Virus record (IMG/VR): IMGVR_UViG_3300014202_001552
Location: 1-31,919 of that record
Strand: one strand, 5' to 3'
Source of the DNA: a virus
Taxonomy: Duplodnaviria; Caudoviricetes
DNA: 31,919 bases
The notes beneath the pieces were generated by a model. It saw only the letters and a program-made list of their open reading frames with translations, did no database searches and was not told the origin of the DNA. The translations under genes and the position numbers were made by a program. Each line of letters opens with the position of its first letter. Within the stretch, counting starts at the first letter, position 1. Of this stretch, positions 8,674 through 16,155 are shown one piece after another.

Positions 8674-9177
8674 CTACTGTTTTCGTATCATAGAAACCCT
8701 GCCGTAGAATACCACATCTTCCCCGTTACCGGCGAGCCCTTTTACTTTAAAATATAAATATCTCATAGGCAGCCCGTTCCACTTAACCAACACTGTATCG
8801 TTTATGGGTTTGCCCGTGTATAAGCCTGTAGTATCCCAGCCCTGCATTAAAGTCCAGTAGGTTGTATCGGTAGTCAGATAGTTGCTCAGGTATGCGTTAA
8901 CCCTAAAGTTTTTTACCGCGCTGCCTGTTGCGTAAAAGCTAAAGCTTGCAAGATAATCCGCATATGGAAGAACGCTTATAGAGTTCGTTTTCCCTTCAAG
9001 CAACGAGTCGGATGAATACAAAACCGAAAACTCCGCAACGCTTGTGGAATTAGAAGTGGGCGAGCTCTGTGAAATGTTGACAGATGACTGCGCCTTTACT
9101 TCTGACTGCTTATCCAGCGAAGGAAACACTGTGAAATATATTGCGAAAATCAGTAATACTCTTAAGATGGATTTCAT
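8674..9177 (-). CDS. Exported beta-rich hypothetical protein (possible decoration protein)
   Basis: MKSILRVLLIFAIYFTVFP...VKA|Q; ends MRYLYFKV...VVFYGRV, suggestive of a jelly-roll; AGGAG RBS. Confidence 0.6.
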   Translation of the reverse strand: MKSILRVLLIFAIYFTVFPSLDKQSEVKAQSSVNISQSSPTSNSTSVAEFSVLYSSDSLLEGKTNSISVLPYADYLASFSFYATGSAVKNFRVNAYLSNYLTTDTTYWTLMQGWDTTGLYTGKPINDTVLVKWNGLPMRYLYFKVKGLAGNGEDVVFYGRVSMIRKQ

Positions 9178-9199
9178 TTTTTATTCTCCTTATATGAAA

Positions 9200-9655
9200 T
9201 TAATTTGGTTTATACATGGCTGTTATTTTAACGGGTATTGGCATTACATAAAACGATCTTGATTCGATACTCATAAGCCCGGGATCTGCTTTCCCAAAAG
9301 CTACACTTGCCACACCGTTATAAGTTTTACTTCTTGCTGCAATGATCCTGACTACTTTTTCTGATGCTGCCTGGAGCGTATCTCTAAAACCTTTGAGATT
9401 CTCGTTTGTTAATTTGTTATCCGGCAGCGCCTTTATTAAAACATTAACTATATACTCTTCGGCTTTTTTTGTTGAGTTAACATTTGATGCAACCTGCTGG
9501 AAGTCAAACGGCTCTTCGATAATTACGATCGCAAATTCTTTATCCGCAGGTATTGTAATATAATCTGTATCTGAGAGGTAATCGCATCCTTCAAGCTCGT
9601 TACCTGCGCCAAGCTGTTCATTAATTGCGGTATGTAAAAATTCATGTCCTAACAT
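9200..9655 (-). CDS. Putative tail terminator/completion protein
   Basis: 151 aa acidic alpha/beta protein after gp10-like gene. Confidence 0.55.
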   Translation of the reverse strand: MLGHEFLHTAINEQLGAGNELEGCDYLSDTDYITIPADKEFAIVIIEEPFDFQQVASNVNSTKKAEEYIVNVLIKALPDNKLTNENLKGFRDTLQAASEKVVRIIAARSKTYNGVASVAFGKADPGLMSIESRSFYVMPIPVKITAMYKPN

Positions 9656-10237
9656 TTATCCCTTTTGAAACTCTGTTTGAAATTGTGATGCAACCCAGTC
9701 AACATTTTGATTCAGTGCCATTCTTAAAAAAGGCAGCCCTTTTGTGCCATGAATCGAAATCTTTTTCGCAATCGCGTATGCAACGCTGTTCACTAAACTG
9801 TGAGCTTCCTTCCCCTCTTCACGATGCGCAAGCCTATCCCTTTTGTAATTGAATTTCTTGCGAAGGAACCCTTTGTTAACCTTATCCCCGCCGTACTTCA
9901 AGAAACCTTTTTGCATTATCCATAACCGGATGGGTCTTAACGGTGGGAAATGCGGCTTACAATCTTCATGAACGTAAATGGCATAAGGCACATTCGCGCC
10001 AACTCCCAAAACCCCAATTATCTTTCCGGCTTCGCGGTAAACATCTTCACGCAGGTTCTTTCTAAGCTCATGCGTTGAATTGGTTGCGAACTTCTTGCCG
10101 TTCTGGCCTGCCGTTGAAAGAATATCCTCGGCTGTATTTTTCATTTTTAAAAGAACGCGCCTCAAAAAAACTTCTATCTGATCTTCTACCTGGCTGAGAA
10201 ACTGTTCACGACTATCGGTAACTATTATTTCAGCCAT
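9656..10237 (-). CDS. HK97 gp10-like neck/tail-completion protein
   Basis: ELRKNL...VGANVPYAIYVHE...PHFPP...HGTKGLPFLRMAL motifs. Confidence 0.8.
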   Translation of the reverse strand: MAEIIVTDSREQFLSQVEDQIEVFLRRVLLKMKNTAEDILSTAGQNGKKFATNSTHELRKNLREDVYREAGKIIGVLGVGANVPYAIYVHEDCKPHFPPLRPIRLWIMQKGFLKYGGDKVNKGFLRKKFNYKRDRLAHREEGKEAHSLVNSVAYAIAKKISIHGTKGLPFLRMALNQNVDWVASQFQTEFQKG

Positions 10238-10246
10238 TAAACTTTT

Positions 10247-10723
10247 TTATATTGCAGACATTTTAAGTGATCCGGCTTGAACTGTATCTGGGTTACAATC
10301 TTCATCGGTATCGGTATCGGTAACATAATCCTCAAGTAACTCCTCTGCCCGTTTGCGGTACTCAAAACTAAGCTCACTAATATCGTTTTGGCTTAATACC
10401 TCTTTCCTTGAATCTCCGAAGCCGGTTGATTTTACAAACCCTGCGCCGGATGAATTTACATTGAGAGGGCCAACCGCATATGCCAGAACCATATATGCTT
10501 CTGCGGTTTGCATAAGCTCGGTATCAGTGTCATCATAATCGGCATCAGCAGCCCACTCATCACCGCTTGCAAAAAGTTCATAGAGCTCTTTGCCCATGAA
10601 CTTCTTTACTTCTTTTCGTGCTTGTGGAAAGAACGCTTCTACTGTTGCTTCATCATCTACGGTAGGGATGTTACCCAGAACTTTTACCTTTGCAACATCC
10701 GCTATGTAACCTTCAATTGCCAT
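10247..10723 (-). CDS. Putative head-tail adaptor
   Basis: 158 aa acidic helical protein directly after capsid and tRNA. Confidence 0.6.
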   Translation of the reverse strand: MAIEGYIADVAKVKVLGNIPTVDDEATVEAFFPQARKEVKKFMGKELYELFASGDEWAADADYDDTDTELMQTAEAYMVLAYAVGPLNVNSSGAGFVKSTGFGDSRKEVLSQNDISELSFEYRKRAEELLEDYVTDTDTDEDCNPDTVQAGSLKMSAI

Positions 10724-10738
10724 TTTAGATTTTTTTAG

Positions 10739-10810
10739 TAGCGGAGAGGTGAATCGAACACCTGTATTTCAGGTCATGAACCTGACGAGATACCACTTCT
10801 CTACTCCGCG
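10739..10810 (-). tRNA. tRNA-Met(CAT), initiator (fMet)-like; CCA not encoded
   Basis: CGCGGAG TA GAGA-AGTGGTA-TCTC G TCAGG-TTCATGA-CCTGA AATAC AGGTG-TTCGATT-CACCT CTCCGCT A; complete cloverleaf, C1xU72 mismatch, A11-U24. Confidence 0.9.
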
Positions 10811-10820
10811 ATAATACTTT

Positions 10821-11741
10821 TTATGCTTTTTTTGCGAGAATTAATGCTTCGCTTATAGCGTAGTTAGCATCAAGCTCTCCGGCTATGACGAAGTCTTTTG
10901 CCCTTGCCTTAATATTCCTTTCGGACTCTACGGTCATGGTTAAACCATAGCCGAGATGAAAGTTTCCGACTTTTGAAAGCATGATCTTGTCATTTTTCAG
11001 TTTTGAAAACTTGACAAGCTTAACACCTTCATAATACAAACCTGATTTAGCAACCATCATCTGATCGCCCAGGGTAGTATTTCTGCCAGCCATTTCCCTC
11101 TGGTACTTTTTATAAAGACTCGGGGCCAGGTAAATCCTGAGAAGATCTTCGTCACCTGAATATTTTTCAGGCATAGCATCCAGCATACTGGCGAATATAA
11201 CCGAAAGCTTATCGTCATTATTGAATGCGATCTCATCATTGACATCATCATCGGCAAGAGCTTTTATGATAATACCATCGTTGATCGAATGGAACGGGTA
11301 ATCAACCTCGCTAAGGGAAGTATCCCCGTTAAGAGCAAGGTTAAATGCGTCAACCATATACTGGCCGGAAAATTTTTTATTTATAAACTCCTCGGCTCCG
11401 CTGCGCATTATATTACGTCTCAAAAACTTATCGGTAATACGGTAGTGAACCGTTACTTCGACAGGTTTTAATTTGCGCCTTTTGATTGTCATGCCAACGG
11501 GATCAGTAACCTCCACGCCTTCCTGACCTTTACGCATATTTTCTTCGGTCAGATCCGCAATGTCAATGTTCATTTCCGATGCAGTAACCTCGTTAACGAC
11601 AAACTCCTCATTGAGGACATTGACCTGCTCTACTCCGGTGTCAATAAAAGTCTGGAGCTCTTCGGGTTCCATCTGGCCGCCGGTTGCGGTACTTATGTCG
11701 GCTTTTACAATATCTTCTAATTCTGCGTTTTCAAGAGGCAT
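10821..11741 (-). CDS. Major capsid protein (PBSX XkdG/P2-family-like, HK97 fold)
   Basis: 306 aa after protease; GGQMEPEELQTFID, LRRNI, LALNGD, INDGII motifs; AAAGGAG RBS. Confidence 0.88.
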   Translation of the reverse strand: MPLENAELEDIVKADISTATGGQMEPEELQTFIDTGVEQVNVLNEEFVVNEVTASEMNIDIADLTEENMRKGQEGVEVTDPVGMTIKRRKLKPVEVTVHYRITDKFLRRNIMRSGAEEFINKKFSGQYMVDAFNLALNGDTSLSEVDYPFHSINDGIIIKALADDDVNDEIAFNNDDKLSVIFASMLDAMPEKYSGDEDLLRIYLAPSLYKKYQREMAGRNTTLGDQMMVAKSGLYYEGVKLVKFSKLKNDKIMLSKVGNFHLGYGLTMTVESERNIKARAKDFVIAGELDANYAISEALILAKKA

Positions 11742-11787
11742 GCTCTACTTACTCCTTTATTTTTAAAAAAATTTAGTTTTTATTTTC

Positions 11788-12909
11788 TTACTGCTTTGGC
11801 TTTGTGGGACCGCCAAGCCATTTAAATATTTTTTTCTTTCCGGCATCTTCGCCTTTATCAATAGGCTCATCAGCTATTTGCGCCGAACCTTTGGAAGATT
11901 TCTTAAGCTTTTCGTTCTCTTCCTTAAGCTTTTTAAGCTCTTCATCTTTTTCGGTTACAATTTTGTCATGCTCGGTTTTGCTTACGTTTTCCATGGTGGT
12001 AGAATTTTTATTTTTTATAAATTTTTCTGCTTTCTCTGTGGCTGTTTCTGCAAGGGCAATAATATCGCCAAGCGCATCATATGCACTCTGGATCTTTTTA
12101 AGATTAGCTGCGCTGATAGTTTTACCGGCTTTAGCTATGATACTTTTTACTACATCGATCTCAATGCTTTCAAGCTTTGCCTTTGCCTGTTCAAGATTTT
12201 CGATCATAACAGATGCTTTATCTTCCAGCGAGATCGTGTCATTCCATATCACGTCATAGTTAGCAGAACTTAAAGCATCTATAATAGTCATATGGTCAAG
12301 CCTGGCATACCGGGCGTTGAAATCTTTTATAAGCCTGTCCTGTTCGGAGAGCTCGGAATCAGCACCAAAATTTTTAACAAGCCTGTTGATAAAACGTTTA
12401 TACAAGGCATCCTCCTGTTTGGCAACGTCTTCAATTTCCTTTTTAGCAAATCCATACATACTGAGACCGGTATAAGTACCATCCTTGATACCTTTCCAGA
12501 TCTCATCGTTATCTACTTTTATAGCCACATACCAGGAGCCGTCCTTTTCATTCGGGAAATATTCATGGCTGCCTTTTATGATTGCAGACTCTACTATAGT
12601 ACAGCCTTCTGCAATTGTGAGGTTATGCTGGGTATCAACGGCGTTGGTTTTGGATTTACGGAGGAAGTTGTGAGCCGCCTTTTCGATCTCGGCAGCATCA
12701 GAATAATCTTCATGAGCATCTATTTCATCCGGCGAGTAAACTATGCCGTAGATGATCCTTTTTTCTTCATCAACCTTTGCAATGGATACCTGGCGCTCGA
12801 AGCTGGGTGATTTGGCACCAAAAGTTTTGATAACAAACTCTTTCAGGTTCGCGCCTTTATCCACAATGCTGATGAGCGAAATGTCAATATCTTTAAGTTT
12901 TGCCGGCAT
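11788..12909 (-). CDS. XkdF-like prohead serine protease with C-terminal scaffold region
   Basis: ISIVDKGAN, KVDEEKRIIYGIVYSP..DAH.D, VDTQH, GSW, IKDGTYTGLSMYG; coiled-coil C-terminus. Confidence 0.9.
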   Translation of the reverse strand: MPAKLKDIDISLISIVDKGANLKEFVIKTFGAKSPSFERQVSIAKVDEEKRIIYGIVYSPDEIDAHEDYSDAAEIEKAAHNFLRKSKTNAVDTQHNLTIAEGCTIVESAIIKGSHEYFPNEKDGSWYVAIKVDNDEIWKGIKDGTYTGLSMYGFAKKEIEDVAKQEDALYKRFINRLVKNFGADSELSEQDRLIKDFNARYARLDHMTIIDALSSANYDVIWNDTISLEDKASVMIENLEQAKAKLESIEIDVVKSIIAKAGKTISAANLKKIQSAYDALGDIIALAETATEKAEKFIKNKNSTTMENVSKTEHDKIVTEKDEELKKLKEENEKLKKSSKGSAQIADEPIDKGEDAGKKKIFKWLGGPTKPKQ

Positions 12910-12961
12910 GAATGCTTATGTTTTTGTAAAATTGTTTGACTTGTATTGTCAAGAATTAATA

Positions 12962-13012
12962 CAAAAGTACTAACAACGGCTTGCCTTTGTCACCTTACTT
13001 TTTGTTAAGGTG
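12962..13012 (-). promoter_or_regulatory. Putative late promoter with upstream dyad (Mor/C-type activator site)
   Basis: TACTTTTG (TAnnTTTG) at 12962-12969; CACCTTA-N8-TAAGGTG at 12991-13012. Confidence 0.55.
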
Positions 13013-13095
13013 TGAAGATTTGTTTATTTGATTGATTTGTGATGCAAGGAAATATTAGAAATTATACCAAGTGGTGTGATACCGGATGGTATAAT

Positions 13096-13124
13096 AAAAA
13101 AAGGCGATCAGTTGACCGCCTTTT
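13096..13124 (-). terminator. Intrinsic terminator ending the immunity/moron transcripts
   Basis: Minus strand AAAAGGCGGTCA-AC-TGATCGCC-TTTTTTT. Confidence 0.8.
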
Positions 13125-13147
13125 GGGAAAAGTTTTACACGCGTTAT

Positions 13148-13390
13148 TTAATGACCTCCTGAAATATTTACACCGCTGCCATTCTCAAATCTTATAGTTT
13201 TCCAGTTACACTTTGTTTCCGGAGTTACTGTAAGCCGATACAGAATCATAACAATTTCATCGTATTCTTTTTCTTCGCCCATTGCTTCGTATGCTTTTTT
13301 CGTTGTATTGACTATCTCAGGGTGGCGATTTATGAAATGCATGAATTCTTTAAAGCTGTTAAAAGAATTATCTATGACTATTGTATTCAT
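13148..13390 (-). CDS. Hypothetical moron protein (80 aa)
   Basis: ATG ORF with its own promoter and a downstream terminator. Confidence 0.65.
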   Translation of the reverse strand: MNTIVIDNSFNSFKEFMHFINRHPEIVNTTKKAYEAMGEEKEYDEIVMILYRLTVTPETKCNWKTIRFENGSGVNISGGH

Positions 13391-13395
13391 AATTA

Positions 13396-13425
13396 CAAAT
13401 ATAATAGAAAAAATAAATTTGTCAA
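13396..13425 (-). promoter_or_regulatory. Promoter for the 80-aa moron (probably leaderless)
   Basis: TTGACA (13420-13425), 16 bp, TATATTTG (13396-13403); ATG 7 nt after the -10 hexamer. Confidence 0.65.
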
Positions 13426-13426
13426 G

Positions 13427-13867
13427 TTAATAGCTTTTAATTTCTTTCCAACTTCCCCCTTCATTTTTACTTAATGCATGCAATCCGCCGGAGGTTTTCT
13501 TCATCATAGCCACATAATACGAAAACAGTTTATTCTTTTCTGATGCAGTAATCTTATCGTCAAATTGTTTTTTAAAATAATCTCTTGCGATAGATCTATC
13601 CACAAAATAATTTATCGTTATGAAACTTTTAGATTTATTTAATTCCATTAATCTATCATTCACTTTAATAACATGGTCCGCATCCTTTATATAGACATCA
13701 TATAACAACGCACCGCCGGAAGATCTGTCATTTACAATTTCATAGAACGGAATATCGTCTTTTTTAGATTCGGTTTTCATTTCGACTATATCGGTATTTT
13801 TGTTTCTTGTGCATGAAGAGATTAAGATTAAACCACACGCAATTAATGCAACAATAATTATTTTCAT
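13427..13867 (-). CDS. Lipoprotein in immunity operon (superinfection-exclusion candidate)
   Basis: MKIIIVALIACGLILISS|C lipobox-like signal. Confidence 0.7.
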   Translation of the reverse strand: MKIIIVALIACGLILISSCTRNKNTDIVEMKTESKKDDIPFYEIVNDRSSGGALLYDVYIKDADHVIKVNDRLMELNKSKSFITINYFVDRSIARDYFKKQFDDKITASEKNKLFSYYVAMMKKTSGGLHALSKNEGGSWKEIKSY

Positions 13868-13874
13868 GAACGTT

Positions 13875-13988
13875 TTATAAAAATTTATCCCAAAGAAATT
13901 TTAATAATGCAAGTATTATAACAGCGATAACAATAATCCCAATCACTCTATTATTACCAAGCGGATTAATACCAAAAGGCCTCCTCAT
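13875..13988 (-). CDS. 37-aa single-TM micropeptide (not in ORF track)
   Basis: MRRPFGINPLGNNRVIGIIVIAVIILALLKFLWDKFL; ATGA overlap with repressor stop. Confidence 0.6.
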   Translation of the reverse strand: MRRPFGINPLGNNRVIGIIVIAVIILALLKFLWDKFL

Positions 13989-14668
13989 GCAACATCCCGG
14001 ATAATTTTTACAACCTTGTAAATTTTTTGTACGCGATCAAGCTTCACCTGAACGGGTGGATATTTTGTGTTGATACTGTAAATCATAATAATATCCTTAT
14101 CTGCTTTATCTCTGTAGAATAATTTCACACTTGCCTCAGTTGTGCCGGGTGAACTTTTATACAATAATAGTACGGCTGTGTAATCTTTAATATTATCGAA
14201 TGGAATTTCAGCGCAGACAACATGGTCGTTTTTTTCAATGTAAGGTTTCATGCTGTCGCCGGCCGCTTTGACCGCAAAAATATATTTATAGCTTTTCAGC
14301 CCGTCAACAATTATAAAATTCTTTTCGTTGTGCTCCCATTGAGTTGCCGGCAGCCCGCAATCAGCCAATGCGATCTCAGGAACACGTTTAAAATGTTTAC
14401 CATATTTTTCAATTAACTCCTTCGGCTGCTCGGCTTCAAACATCTCTTCATTATCATCAAAAAACCAATTTGCATTAACACCCAATTTTTTCCTGACGAT
14501 AGCAAAAAACTCCGGCATTGGCTTAGTGCCATGCTCATACCTCTGAATATTTTGATGAGTTGTATTTAACAACACAGCAAATTCTTTAAGTGTGAGATCA
14601 CCCCTTAGTTTTCGTATTTTGGTTGAAAGTTCCAGTTCCCTAATTTGTGTACTACAAACATAAACCAA
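13985..14668 (-). CDS. CI/LexA-type repressor (HTH_XRE plus S24 peptidase); true start possibly CTG at 14635
   Basis: KIRKLRGDLTLKEFAVLLNTTHQNIQRYEHG HTH; ADCG putative cleavage site, GDSM Ser, ASVK Lys. Confidence 0.92.
   Translation of the reverse strand: MVYVCSTQIRELELSTKIRKLRGDLTLKEFAVLLNTTHQNIQRYEHGTKPMPEFFAIVRKKLGVNANWFFDDNEEMFEAEQPKELIEKYGKHFKRVPEIALADCGLPATQWEHNEKNFIIVDGLKSYKYIFAVKAAGDSMKPYIEKNDHVVCAEIPFDNIKDYTAVLLLYKSSPGTTEASVKLFYRDKADKDIIMIYSINTKYPPVQVKLDRVQKIYKVVKIIRDVA
14636..14649. repeat. Operator-like box 1 TTCCCTAATTTGTG
   Basis: Exact 14-bp match to 14831-14844 and 14862-14875. Confidence 0.8.
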
Positions 14669-14685
14669 TACGTTTTTAAAATCAA
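14655..14685 (-). promoter_or_regulatory. Putative leftward (repressor) promoter
   Basis: TTGATT (14680-14685), 17 bp, TATGTTTG (14655-14662). Confidence 0.55.
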
Positions 14686-14830
14686 CTCTAAAGCGGTGTA
14701 AAGGCGGTGAAATTTGACGAAACCAGCCGCACCTGCATGGTAATGCAAGAACTCCCCAAAGCCCCGTTAAGCCCCTATTCCGTTACAAATATTAATAACT
14801 CTGTAAGTCATATATACTTAGACAAATAAG

Positions 14831-14844
14831 TTCCCTAATTTGTG
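14831..14844. repeat. Operator-like box 2 TTCCCTAATTTGTG
   Basis: Exact direct repeat just upstream of the early -35. Confidence 0.8.
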
Positions 14845-14854
14845 GATTTTACTA

Positions 14855-14885
14855 TTGACAATTCCCTAATTTGTGCATATTTTTG
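14855..14885 (+). promoter_or_regulatory. Early rightward promoter with operator box 3 (14862-14875) in the spacer
   Basis: TTGACA, 17 bp, TATTTTTG. Confidence 0.75.
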
Positions 14886-14924
14886 TTCAAGTTAAAATTA
14901 ACACAATAGTACGGGGGTACTCAG

Positions 14925-15278
14925 ATGGAGCTTTCAGACTTACAAAACCTCACACCGATGGAAATTAAATCATTGCTTAAAGCAAAAGATCTTAGCGGCA
15001 GACAAATAGCAAAAGATTTAAAGGTTGATCATACAGTTGTCAACTCGGTAATTAATAACAAATACAACGGCGCAGAGTCAACCAAAAAAAAAGTATTATT
15101 AAAGATAGCATTTATCCTTACAGAAAAAAAAGACCTTAACAATATTATATACGCCGATGCACCACTTTACGTCAAGCTTCTTGGCATCGCGATAAAGCAT
15201 AAAAGCTTTAATGATGATGAAACAATGAATCTGATTGAAACAAAAAAAATTTTAGAATCATTTATAAATAATCAATAA
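14925..15278 (+). CDS. Cro/Ner-like HTH regulator
   Basis: EIKSLLKAKDLSGRQIAKDLKVDHTVVNSVI HTH; first gene divergent from repressor. Confidence 0.8.
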   Translation: MELSDLQNLTPMEIKSLLKAKDLSGRQIAKDLKVDHTVVNSVINNKYNGAESTKKKVLLKIAFILTEKKDLNNIIYADAPLYVKLLGIAIKHKSFNDDETMNLIETKKILESFINNQ

Positions 15279-15280
15279 TT

Positions 15281-15466
15281 ATGGAAGCTAAAAATTTCTG
15301 GAAGGTCACGCTTAAAGGATTAGACGAAAGCACAAAAGATATTTATGTGCCTGGAGATTTTGTTGACCAAGTAAACGACAATGCAAAAAAAGTTATAAAA
15401 GAAATTGACCACGTTGGAAATTTCACAATTGATTCCATCGGTCATATCGGTAAAATTTATTTATAA
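15281..15466 (+). CDS. Hypothetical early protein
   Basis: Tightly packed ATG ORF in early operon. Confidence 0.6.
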   Translation: MEAKNFWKVTLKGLDESTKDIYVPGDFVDQVNDNAKKVIKEIDHVGNFTIDSIGHIGKIYL

Positions 15467-15491
15467 ACAATCAATAGAAAGGATTTAAATC

Positions 15492-15974
15492 ATGAACAAT
15501 CGCAGAACAAATTACCCGGTAGTACTCACATTTATTTTAATATTTTTCTTTTGTATTTGTATGCTTGCTTCGCTTGCATCCTGCGGCGAAAGTTTAACCG
15601 GCACATCTTCCGGCTATCTAAACGAAACTAAAACATCCACCGGAGATTCGCTTTCGATTTACACTTCGGAAATCGGAACGGTCAACAAACAAAATAATCA
15701 TGATATAATTTCAGCGGGTCAGAACATCCGTATAGAATTTGACGCTGAAATAAATTTTGCACAGCGTTACTCACACAAATATGTTCAGCTTACTTACATG
15801 AAAGATAACCAGGTGCACTTTGCTTTTCAGAAATACACCAATGAAATACCTGGGCATCATGTTGTTGAGATCAACGATTCATTTGATGCGGTAAACCTTT
15901 ACATAAAGATCTACATTAATAATTCACCAAATGCATTTATCCGGATCACCAACATTTCAATAACTCAAAACTAA
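15492..15974 (+). CDS. Putative lipoprotein
   Basis: Hydrophobic N-terminus ending LASLAS|C; AAAGGA RBS. Confidence 0.6.
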   Translation: MNNRRTNYPVVLTFILIFFFCICMLASLASCGESLTGTSSGYLNETKTSTGDSLSIYTSEIGTVNKQNNHDIISAGQNIRIEFDAEINFAQRYSHKYVQLTYMKDNQVHFAFQKYTNEIPGHHVVEINDSFDAVNLYIKIYINNSPNAFIRITNISITQN

Positions 15975-15980
15975 AAGTCT

Positions 15981-16124
15981 ATGTTTCCATTCACAGTATT
16001 TTATATCTACCCCGATACAGAGGGGAGCTCTGAAGAAACCGTTTGGGCTGATAGTGAAGAAGGCGCAAAGATAATTTTCAGCATGAGAAATCCGCTTGCG
16101 GAAATTTGCGAAGTTACAAGGTGA
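15981..16124 (+). CDS. 47-aa hypothetical protein (not in ORF track)
   Basis: MFPFTVFYIYPDTEGSSEETVWADSEEGAKIIF...; fills operon gap. Confidence 0.5.
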   Translation: MFPFTVFYIYPDTEGSSEETVWADSEEGAKIIFSMRNPLAEICEVTR

Positions 16125-16155
16125 ACCGGGCACAAATTAAAATCCATCAAATAAA

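Noticed and set aside
10739-10810. tRNA as integration (att) site or prophage boundary
   Set aside because: Phage structural genes continue on both sides, no integrase is present, and no duplicated tRNA 3' end was seen
12947-12952. Minus-strand TTGACA as the late -35
   Set aside because: No acceptable -10 at 16-18 bp; more likely part of a small leader hairpin (12936-12952)
11804-12973. Plus-strand ORFs opposite the protease gene
   Set aside because: Phe/Ser-rich antisense translations of a Lys/Glu-rich gene
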